Origin: a virus
Lineage: Duplodnaviria > Caudoviricetes
DNA length: 64,000 bases
Reading direction: 5' to 3' (one strand)
IMG/VR virus record: IMGVR_UViG_3300018472_000401
Coordinates: 26,563-90,562 of that record
Numbering within the stretch: the stretch's first letter is position 1; each line of letters opens with the position of its first letter. Positions 25,871 through 32,854 of the stretch are shown in pieces. The notes beneath the pieces are model-generated. The model was not told the DNA's origin. It ran no database searches and saw nothing but the letters and a program-made list of their open reading frames with translations. Both the position numbers and the translations under genes were made by a program.

Positions 25871-26071
25871 TTATAGTTGCGACCTCCAAAATTTAAGTAT
25901 CTCACGACCTGCGTAGAACTTCCGTGCCGTCAGTTTTCGGAAGCCGCATTTGATTAGTCCCTGCTCAGTGTACTTGCGGAGGGAGTTGCGGTGGATGCCC
26001 AGCACGTTACAGGTTTCAGTTACGGAGTACCTGCCCGTGTCGCTTACTTGTGGCTCAATGGATGTAATCAT
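25871..26071 (-). CDS. Excisionase-like HTH protein
   Basis: YSVTETCNVLGIHRNSLRKY. Confidence 0.65.
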   Translation of the reverse strand: MITSIEPQVSDTGRYSVTETCNVLGIHRNSLRKYTEQGLIKCGFRKLTARKFYAGREILKFWRSQL

Positions 26072-26277
26072 TTCTTGCCTCCTTTCAGTTCTTTCAGTTC
26101 TGCGACCGAGAGGTGCAGCAATCCGTAGGAGAGGAACAGCATAGCCGCAAAGCAGACAATGTAGAATACTTCCGAGCGCATAAACAATGCTCTAACGATT
26201 TGAAATAGCGAGAACAGCACAAAGAATACTGATGCCACTACCTGAAACCAACTTCCGATTTTCTCAAACATATCCAT
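26068..26277 (-). CDS. Two-TM membrane protein
   Basis: Two hydrophobic segments. Confidence 0.6.
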   Translation of the reverse strand: MDMFEKIGSWFQVVASVFFVLFSLFQIVRALFMRSEVFYIVCFAAMLFLSYGLLHLSVAELKELKGGKK

Positions 26278-26294
26278 AGCGTAATCTAATTGGT

Positions 26295-26504
26295 TTACTT
26301 GTTGCTCTTACATTGATACAGACCGTTATCAATGATAATCTTTTTCACTCCGGGAATGGTCATTCCCACACTTTCCGCTATCAGCCCGAAGATGCGATGC
26401 GGTCTGCAATCCGGCATTTCGTTAGATAGCTTCAAGAAACTATTGCAGATACGTTTGTTCCGCTCGTCCCTTGCCTTTTCAATGGGTGTTCTTACATCAA
26501 TCAT
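26295..26504 (-). CDS. Small DNA-binding (Cro-like) protein
   Basis: IAESVGMTIPGVKKII HTH-like segment. Confidence 0.5.
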   Translation of the reverse strand: MIDVRTPIEKARDERNKRICNSFLKLSNEMPDCRPHRIFGLIAESVGMTIPGVKKIIIDNGLYQCKSNK

Positions 26505-26522
26505 ATCTATCTACTTTTTAAG

Positions 26523-26732
26523 TTATTTATTCAGAGAGGGGTCGCCATAGTTGGCAACGTGTTCCATTATCCACTCGTAACTATCTTCACCAGGCAAGCA
26601 AGCCTGAATGAAATTTGTCTTATCCTTGAACCAGCATCCAATGCCTTTTACAGCGTATTGTTTTAGGATTTCCCGAAGCTGTCCGAGGTTGTCCCCAGTG
26701 AAGTCCGATTTCCAAAATGTTGCTATAATCAT
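26523..26732 (-). CDS. Hypothetical first early gene
   Basis: First ORF after the leftward promoter. Confidence 0.55.
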   Translation of the reverse strand: MIIATFWKSDFTGDNLGQLREILKQYAVKGIGCWFKDKTNFIQACLPGEDSYEWIMEHVANYGDPSLNK

Positions 26733-26773
26733 ATTTTCTGCTCAACTTTTTAGTTTACTTTAAATTTTATTTG

Positions 26774-26881
26774 TATTTTTGAAACCGTTTTATAAACCAG
26801 TTTAGAAACACGATGCAAAATTAGAGAATTGTTCCGACATTACAAAATAATTTCGGAACTTTTTTCTAAAATAATTTAGAA
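26774..26881. promoter_or_regulatory. Lysis/lysogeny switch: face-to-face promoters and three 18-bp operators
   Basis: -7 boxes TATTTTTG (+, 26774-81) and TAATTTTG (-, 26816-23); TTATAAA-N4-TTTAGAA 26790, TTACAAA-N4-TTTCGGA 26840, TTCTAAA-N4-TTTAGAA 26864. Confidence 0.6.
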
Positions 26882-26904
26882 CAACGTGCTAATAGATTGA
26901 AAAT

Positions 26905-27282
26905 ATGACGATTAAAGAAAGAACATACTCATTTATAGAGTACAAGGGCATTACGGTGAAGAAATTTGAGGAACTTTGCGGTCTCTCAAACGGCTATATT
27001 TCGTCCATGCGGAAAGGTTTTGGAACTGATAAATTGAACAATGTTCTAACAATGTTCCCCGAACTTAATAGAGAATGGTTGCTGTATGGAGAGGGCGAAA
27101 TGTTGAATCCCAAAGTCATTCAGAACAATCAGAATGGAGATAACATACAGGGACATTCCGTAACCGTAAACAAAACCGAGAAAGACTATTTGGAAATTAT
27201 CAAGAGGCAGTCGGAGCAGTTGAGCAAGAGCCAAGAGCAAATCGACCGCCTCCTATCAATTATTGAGAATTTCGGGAAATGA
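26905..27282 (+). CDS. CI-like XRE HTH repressor (no S24 domain)
   Basis: FEELCGLSNGYIS...LNREWLLYGEGEML; C-terminal coiled coil. Confidence 0.8.
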   Translation: MTIKERTYSFIEYKGITVKKFEELCGLSNGYISSMRKGFGTDKLNNVLTMFPELNREWLLYGEGEMLNPKVIQNNQNGDNIQGHSVTVNKTEKDYLEIIKRQSEQLSKSQEQIDRLLSIIENFGK

Positions 27283-27797
27283 TATATGTCCTATTATTTT
27301 TAGCGTTTGTCTTTGCTGTTGCATTTTTTCAAGCAAGCCACAAGAAAAAGCATCAGCCGGATATTGCAGCGTTCAGCGTGGAAGCCCCTAACCGAATACG
27401 CATATACAATGAAAGTATGCACCTGCTTGAAACGACAAATGTAGCTAAGACTTTCATCGGGCGTGTCCGTGATGTATGCGAGTTTCAGGACTGGGCAGCG
27501 GTTCAGGTGCGAATGGGGATGCCGCTAAAGATAGATGGCAACATATTATCTGCCCGTAGAGATTGCTACGAGTTCATCAACCGCAACGCCCTCCGGGTCG
27601 CCCTTGCCGAGGTCGCCCTGTTCAGCAAAGTAGAAAGGGTAAGCGGTACGAGAATAGACAAGGCTGCGGCACGGGCTTTCGAGGCTATAGACGGGCTTTC
27701 TGCTTGCCTTAAGCCAGCAGACAATCAAGGTGAGATTAAATCGGAATTAGAGAACATGAGAAACTTAGTTGAAGACATCTATTCAAATATACAATGA
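27279..27797 (+). CDS. Membrane-anchored lysogenic cargo protein
   Basis: N-terminal TM; ATGA-coupled to the repressor. Confidence 0.65.
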   Translation: MIYVLLFLAFVFAVAFFQASHKKKHQPDIAAFSVEAPNRIRIYNESMHLLETTNVAKTFIGRVRDVCEFQDWAAVQVRMGMPLKIDGNILSARRDCYEFINRNALRVALAEVALFSKVERVSGTRIDKAAARAFEAIDGLSACLKPADNQGEIKSELENMRNLVEDIYSNIQ

Positions 27798-28246
27798 TAC
27801 ACGAGCGGTTACTTGACATCATACAATACAAGACCTCCGGCAAGCAAGCGGACTTTGCCGAGATTATGGGCTGGTCGCCCCAGTACCTCAACAGGCTGAC
27901 AAAAGGGGAGAGCGGCATCGGCATACGCCCGATAGTTTCCCTGCTTGAAAAGTTCCCAGAACTTAATGCCCGGTGGCTGTTGCTTGGGGAGGGAGCAATG
28001 ATAACCTCTGCTGCTGATGAAGTGCGGAAACGCCTTGCCCGGCTGCTGGAGATTGAGAAGTATATGCCTGTTATGACCCCCGATGAACTCCGGGAGGTCA
28101 CGGAGGGAAACTGCCAGTTTGATTTGCAGAGCATAAACAAGTGGAATGCGCTGCTTGAAAAGAGAAACAAGGAAATCAACGACCGCTTTGCAGCGGCATA
28201 TAAAAAGCAGGAGGAACTATGCAGACAGGACAAAGCCAAGTCATAA
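27794..28246 (+). CDS. XRE HTH protein
   Basis: QADFAEIMGWSPQYLNRL...NARWLLLGEG. Confidence 0.75.
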   Translation: MIHERLLDIIQYKTSGKQADFAEIMGWSPQYLNRLTKGESGIGIRPIVSLLEKFPELNARWLLLGEGAMITSAADEVRKRLARLLEIEKYMPVMTPDELREVTEGNCQFDLQSINKWNALLEKRNKEINDRFAAAYKKQEELCRQDKAKS

Positions 28247-28566
28247 TAAAACGCTTCTTTGATGCGTTGCAGATTTTGATTGAGAACAAGGTTATCCGGG
28301 GCAAACAAACTTTCGCCACACGGTACGGGATAAACCGCAGAAATATGTACTCACTGGAGAAAGAGCCGGGACGGGACATATTTCAGGTGGCGTGGCTGGA
28401 ATATCTTGCCAACGACTACATGGTGTCCCCGGTGTGGCTGCTTACCGGGAAAGGCTCATTTTTCGCTGACGGCTGGGATGCCGACCGGGTCAAGTCAAAG
28501 GTGAAGAGCGAGCAGGAAAATAGCGAAAAACTGCAAGAAAACTGCAAATGCGAAAACGATATATAA
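28219..28566 (+). CDS. HTH DNA-binding protein
   Basis: FATRYGINRRNMY...VSPVWLLTGKG. Confidence 0.7.
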   Translation: MQTGQSQVIIKRFFDALQILIENKVIRGKQTFATRYGINRRNMYSLEKEPGRDIFQVAWLEYLANDYMVSPVWLLTGKGSFFADGWDADRVKSKVKSEQENSEKLQENCKCENDI

Positions 28567-28617
28567 TAATATAATAATAATCAGTGAGTTGCGAGTTGAT
28601 TTGCAACTCCTTTGCAA
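28529..28617. other. Candidate tyrosine-integrase att region of prophage 1
   Basis: AACTGCAA twice 11 bp apart, IHF-type AATCAGTGAGTTG (28579-91), inverted GAGTT-N7-AACTC (28593-609). Confidence 0.4.
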
Positions 28618-28638
28618 TATGACAAATGAGTGAATCTA

Positions 28639-28935
28639 ATGAGAATATTTACAGAACAAGCTATAAAGGAATATGCAGAGACGCATCCTGATGCAAAGGT
28701 AGCTTTACAAGAATGGACTACCATAGTCAAGAAAAGCGAATGGACTTGCTTTGCAGACGTAAAAAAGACCTTCAATAGTGTTGATAATGTGGGTAACCAA
28801 CATTATGTATTCAATATTAAAGGAAATAATTACAGGCTGATTGTTGTGATAAGATTCACTATAAAGTTTGTTTATATTCGTTTCATTGGCACTCATACTG
28901 AATATGATAGAATAGCTGATTGTTCAGTTTTATAA
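28639..28935 (+). CDS. higB: HigB family toxin (RelE fold)
   Basis: W....K..W..F.DVKKTF.SVD.V....VFNIKGN.YRLI...F...YIRFIGTH.EYD. Confidence 0.9.
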   Translation: MRIFTEQAIKEYAETHPDAKVALQEWTTIVKKSEWTCFADVKKTFNSVDNVGNQHYVFNIKGNNYRLIVVIRFTIKFVYIRFIGTHTEYDRIADCSVL

Positions 28936-28972
28936 TTAAACCGAATCGGCGGTTACCGATTACCAAAGAACT

Positions 28973-29338
28973 ATGACAAAGATAGAAACAAAAGCTCAAT
29001 ACGACTGGGCTGTAAAAAGGGTTGAGAAATTACTTCCGCTGGTTACAGATGAAACCCCTCTCGATGACCCAAATAGCATAGAGTTGGAATTACTTTCTAA
29101 CCTTGTTGCTGACTATTCAGAAGAACATTTTGCACTGGGAGAACCAACCCTTGTTGATGTTCTCAAACTCCGTATGTATGAAATGGGGCTTAACCAAAAA
29201 GCGCTGGCTGAATTAATTGGTGTTAGCCCTTCCCGATTGAGCGATTATATATCCGGTAAATGTGAACCTACTTTGAAGGTTGCTCGTGAAATAAGCCAAA
29301 AATTAAATATTGATGCTAATATAGTGCTAGGTGTTTGA
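28973..29338 (+). CDS. higA: HigA antitoxin
   Basis: ELELLS.LV.DY.EEH then Cro/C1 HTH. Confidence 0.9.
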   Translation: MTKIETKAQYDWAVKRVEKLLPLVTDETPLDDPNSIELELLSNLVADYSEEHFALGEPTLVDVLKLRMYEMGLNQKALAELIGVSPSRLSDYISGKCEPTLKVAREISQKLNIDANIVLGV

Positions 29339-29402
29339 TTGAATATGAGAGCTGTTGAAGCAATAGTTGAGAATACGTTGATCTAGGGGCATCAGAACGA
29401 AT

Positions 29403-29497
29403 TGTGTAAGATAGAACGGCGGCAAAAATGTTGTTACAGTTTGTTTATCAGCAAGTTAAACGAATACGGGCTTTCATGCGAACGCAAAACGAAATGT
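29403..29497 (+). other. Left end: 5'-TG terminus, two transposase-site candidates and an IHF site
   Basis: TG at 29403 or 29405; GAACG-N7-AAATGT at 29414-31 and 29480-97; TATCAGCAAGTTA at 29446-58. Confidence 0.55.
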
Positions 29498-29726
29498 GAC
29501 ATTACTTTACATCGGCTTTACATCTAAACGGCCTAAACGCGGGCTTTAAATACGTTTTTGTTACATCACCCTATAAATATCACCTAAACGGGGCTGGAAT
29601 AGGCTGTAAAGGCTTATTTCGGCCTTTTTCATATCTGTTTAGGCGTTTAGAAATCTGTTTAAGTGCCCATTTAGACAGGAAAAACAAGCGGTTTCAAAAT
29701 CCCTCTCTTAAATGTTAAAAAAGGGG

Positions 29727-29805
29727 TTGGGCATACCTTTGGGCATACTAGTTGGGCATACCCTTTTTTATTCATTTTATGCAAAAAATAAAAAGTTGGG
29801 CATAC
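29727..29805 (+). repeat. Four direct TTGGGCATAC repeats
   Basis: Starts at 29727, 29739, 29752 and 29796. Confidence 0.95.
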
Positions 29806-30018
29806 CTTTTTAACAGTTTCCCGACCATGTATTAGATAAGAGATTACTTTCTGTGTATGTGATTAAGCTGTTTTAGTCGTTATTTTGGTATGGATAGTAT
29901 TATATATTTTCGGATTGATTACGCTGCAAAATTAACGTAAAGTACTGATTTATAGTGTCGGTTTGGGTGATAATGCGTATTTTTACGGTGAAAACGTGTG
30001 TGTGCGTGTAGAAATGAT

Positions 30019-30098
30019 GCAGAATAGCTCAGAAGGTAGAGCAAACAGTACTGGACGCCTGCTGTTTTGTCCCTGGTTCGAGTCCGGGTTCTGCCCCA
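30019..30098 (+). tRNA. tRNA-like gene with enlarged anticodon arm (non-canonical)
   Basis: GCAGAA/TTCTGC acceptor, TAGCTCAG..GGTAGAGC D arm, CCTGG-TTCGAGT-CCGGG T arm, ends C-CCA; 13 nt between the 5-bp anticodon stem halves. Confidence 0.7.
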
Positions 30099-30146
30099 AT
30101 ACTTTTGTGAATTTGCGTTTTTATAGGTATTTGGTTTAAGGTGAAC

Positions 30147-30177
30147 GCTCCCGGTGAAAGTCCGGGAGCTTATTTTT
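30147..30177 (+). terminator. Rho-independent terminator after the tRNA-like gene
   Basis: GCTCCCGG-TGAAAGT-CCGGGAGC followed by TTATTTTT. Confidence 0.75.
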
Positions 30178-30183
30178 AAGGAT

Positions 30184-30426
30184 ATGGGAAAGAATCTGAT
30201 TCGTACAATACTGGATGATCATCGTGATGCGGCTTTGTATAAGGCAGCAGCCAATCAGTTTCTGGCCATGCTTACTCTTGATAATATTTCCCCTTATTAT
30301 AACACAGACGACCATCTGTTAGACAGCATTGGGCTTAAAATTTTACGCCTCAAAATGGAGAATCAAAAATTGAAAGAGGAAATTTCATTACTTAAAAAGA
30401 CCAATCAGACTAATGAGGGTTCCTAA
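30184..30426 (+). CDS. Hypothetical protein
   Basis: ATG after the terminator; C-terminal coiled coil. Confidence 0.5.
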   Translation: MGKNLIRTILDDHRDAALYKAAANQFLAMLTLDNISPYYNTDDHLLDSIGLKILRLKMENQKLKEEISLLKKTNQTNEGS

Positions 30427-30840
30427 ATAAGCCCAATAAGAATTATAATCCTTGGTAATTAAAAGGTATAAAACTGAGGCTATCAGTAAGATACATGATG
30501 CGGATTTGTAGAACTTTTTCTTTTTTCTATCTTCTTCAAGCCGCCTTAACACTTCTGCTTCTCTTTGTTTGCGATTTTCTTCTTCACGTTTCATTTCAGC
30601 TTCTATAACGGCTGAATATCCTCCGTTATCTACAAATAATCTCCCTTTTGGAGTGAGCATTATAGGCATTTCAAATTGACTTCCTAATATTCTAATATAG
30701 CCGTCGTTCTGTAAGATGCCAAGCAAACTATAGACAGTATTAAATTCAGATTCGTCATGTGTCTTAATAACTGTTGTATAGTTGTCTGATGGGAATAATT
30801 TCAGAATATCGTCCAGTTGTTTAGCCAAATTTTTATTCAT
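30388..30840 (-). CDS. wHTH + coiled coil + C-terminal TM cargo protein
   Basis: LTPKGRLF wing motif, charged helix, two hydrophobic segments; AT-rich. Confidence 0.65.
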   Translation of the reverse strand: MNKNLAKQLDDILKLFPSDNYTTVIKTHDESEFNTVYSLLGILQNDGYIRILGSQFEMPIMLTPKGRLFVDNGGYSAVIEAEMKREEENRKQREAEVLRRLEEDRKKKKFYKSASCILLIASVLYLLITKDYNSYWAYLGTLISLIGLFK

Positions 30841-30892
30841 CTTAATCAGCATTTAAATATTGGTTATTTCACTACATCTATAATATTACAGC

Positions 30893-31558
30893 TTACTCCA
30901 GCCGTATAACCCCGATAACCAGGGCCACATGATAAATCCTGTCCAAAGGTAATTCGAATGGCTCGTAACGTTCATTGTCCGATACGATGAGGACGTGTTC
31001 TTTGTCGGATCCGGGCTTTACCCGTTTGATAAGGGGGCCCTGATCTGTATCCAATACATATACTTTATTCCATTGGAAGAAAAGCTCATCCATCGGCAAA
31101 CGCTTGCAGGCTACAATATCTCCGCTGTTATATTTAGGATACATGCTGCTTCCTTTCACGCTGATCAGGAACTCGGCTCCCTTGAATGTGGGAACAACAA
31201 AGCGTTCGCATTCGTATTCCAGTACGGTCTGTTCACCGGTGAATGTTCCTGCCATTGCGCTGATGGGAATCAAGGGGATGCCCTCCATGGGCGAATCGGA
31301 TGGATGGGCTACCGGTATGTTTTCTTCCTTTCCAGACTCCGTACGGAGCATGTTGCCTTCGCCTGTAAGGAGCCAATTTATATTTATATCGAAACTTCTT
31401 GCGATTTTCTCCAAAAAGTCAGCTTTAGGCATTACTCCGTTTTTGTAATTCCTTACATTAGCTTCGCTAACTCCTATTAATGAGGCGAATACTGTGTTTT
31501 TTCCATTTCCAAATTTTTCTACGATAGTAGAGATTCTGTCGAAAATAGTTTCGTTCAT
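30893..31558 (-). CDS. CI/LexA-type repressor with S24 autopeptidase
   Basis: XRE HTH, Ala-Gly site (AMAG), GSSMYP serine and LIKRV lysine. Confidence 0.9.
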   Translation of the reverse strand: MNETIFDRISTIVEKFGNGKNTVFASLIGVSEANVRNYKNGVMPKADFLEKIARSFDININWLLTGEGNMLRTESGKEENIPVAHPSDSPMEGIPLIPISAMAGTFTGEQTVLEYECERFVVPTFKGAEFLISVKGSSMYPKYNSGDIVACKRLPMDELFFQWNKVYVLDTDQGPLIKRVKPGSDKEHVLIVSDNERYEPFELPLDRIYHVALVIGVIRLE

Positions 31559-31667
31559 ACCTATTGTTTTTAGATTAAATCGAAAAATAATTCGAGTATT
31601 TCTTGTTTAATTCGAAATATGTTTCGATATTTGCAGAGTCTTCAATACCGAAGACGCCCTAAAGGTA
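31539..31667. promoter_or_regulatory. Switch region with three TCGAA-N6-TTCG(A/T) operators
   Basis: Sites at 31539, 31580 and 31612; -7-like boxes GATATTTG (+, 31626) and TACCTTTA (-, 31660-67). Confidence 0.65.
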
Positions 31668-31693
31668 GAAAATAATATTTAAAAACGCAAATT

Positions 31694-31972
31694 ATGGATA
31701 AAATCAATGAAAACGTATCGGAAAACATCGCCGTTAGAGCACTTGTGGTGGAGGTGACTTATAAGGTAAGCTTAAGTAATGCAAAAATACCAAAAGAGGT
31801 ATATGAAGAATTAACGAGAATGATTAAAAACACTGAGACACTTCCTGAACCGGAAGAATTGGCATTTGATGAGGAAGAAAGTCGGAAAATGACATCTCGT
31901 TGGTTATCGGAACACATTCATGAAGATGGATCTTTCCAGAGAGAATACATGGTAGATTTCATAACTAAATAA
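31694..31972 (+). CDS. Hypothetical first early protein
   Basis: A-rich leader after the early promoter. Confidence 0.65.
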   Translation: MDKINENVSENIAVRALVVEVTYKVSLSNAKIPKEVYEELTRMIKNTETLPEPEELAFDEEESRKMTSRWLSEHIHEDGSFQREYMVDFITK

Positions 31973-31984
31973 ATCAATAACGAA

Positions 31985-32203
31985 ATGGCAGAAACAAGAA
32001 AACTCATCAAAGCAAGCCGAGAGCTGAAAGAAGAAATCGCCCGGAAACTAAATGTTACAACCCGTACAGTGGATGCCGCACTGGCATACGACACTAAAAG
32101 TCCTACAGCAAGACTTATCCGCTCGTATGCCTTGAATCACGGAGCGGAACTCTACGAGCTGAAGAAATTGGAAAACCCGTATGAGGAAGTTATTAACCTT
32201 TAA
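31985..32203 (+). CDS. Ner/Cro-like HTH protein
   Basis: EIARKLNVTTRTVDAAL...ARLIR..AL. Confidence 0.65.
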   Translation: MAETRKLIKASRELKEEIARKLNVTTRTVDAALAYDTKSPTARLIRSYALNHGAELYELKKLENPYEEVINL

Positions 32204-32213
32204 AATAATCTGT

Positions 32214-32408
32214 ATGAATTTTACAAAATACTCCTTTAAGAACATTGAATCCCAGCTTGAACATGTATGCGGACTGATAGACTTGGTAAAAGGCGACAGA
32301 GGATTTCGCGAAGCTATTCAAGATGAAGAGTTTTGCATGCTGATAAAGATGCAGGCACAACTGTTTGAGGAAATTAAGAAAAGAGAAAGACATCAACCAA
32401 CTGCATAA
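32214..32408 (+). CDS. Hypothetical protein
   Basis: Operonic position. Confidence 0.55.
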   Translation: MNFTKYSFKNIESQLEHVCGLIDLVKGDRGFREAIQDEEFCMLIKMQAQLFEEIKKRERHQPTA

Positions 32409-32474
32409 ATGATTGCTCATTGCTATTCCGGTTCGCGAGAATAGGGATGGCACCAAACTCAAAACCATTGAATC

Positions 32475-32690
32475 ATGAAACGAATCAATACAACCACACG
32501 CTATCTGCTGCTGATACTGGCAGCAGCCATACTGAACCGGCTGACAGACGGTACAATGAACCTGATTATAACAACCTGCCTCTGCCTTGCACTCATACCT
32601 GCTGCAATACGGATGGACAAGGAGGATAAAGAATACCAGGAATGGATGGATGAAGAAATAAAGAAGCGGGAAGCACAGAAAAAGGAATAA
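32475..32690 (+). CDS. Small two-TM protein
   Basis: Two hydrophobic helices plus a charged tail. Confidence 0.6.
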   Translation: MKRINTTTRYLLLILAAAILNRLTDGTMNLIITTCLCLALIPAAIRMDKEDKEYQEWMDEEIKKREAQKKE

Positions 32691-32798
32691 ATCACACACG
32701 GCTTGCAGAACTTCACACATTCAGGATAACGACTGTAATTTGACATATTGGGCTGTTTTCAATAGGAATTGGGAATATGGTAAAAAGAAGGAGTGAAG

Positions 32799-32830
32799 CG
32801 GCTGCCGTCCGGGTTCAAGTCCCGGAGCCG
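32799..32830 (+). ncRNA. tRNA T-arm-like hairpin in the transposase leader
   Basis: TCCGGG-TTCAAGT-CCCGGA closed by CGGC/GCCG. Confidence 0.4.
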
Positions 32831-32854
32831 GACTACAATCTTAACGAATTAATC

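Larger units (their letters stand above)
1..28610. mobile_element. Temperate prophage 1 (head, packaging, replication and immunity modules; continues beyond the left edge)
   Basis: Contiguous scaffold, MuF, portal, terminase, replication, recombination and CI-like genes; right boundary is inferred from a candidate att region near 28,600. Confidence 0.9.

Noticed and set aside
29727-29805. TTGGGCATAC repeats as a CRISPR array
   Set aside because: 10-bp units with 2-3 bp gaps; no spacers or cas genes
30019-30098. tRNA-like gene as the integration site of either prophage
   Set aside because: It lies about 600 bp inside the predicted Mu-like end and no duplicated 3' fragment was seen
32777-32854. 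Upstream start of the transposase
   Set aside because: Covers the T-arm hairpin; ATG 32855 has the better A/T-rich context
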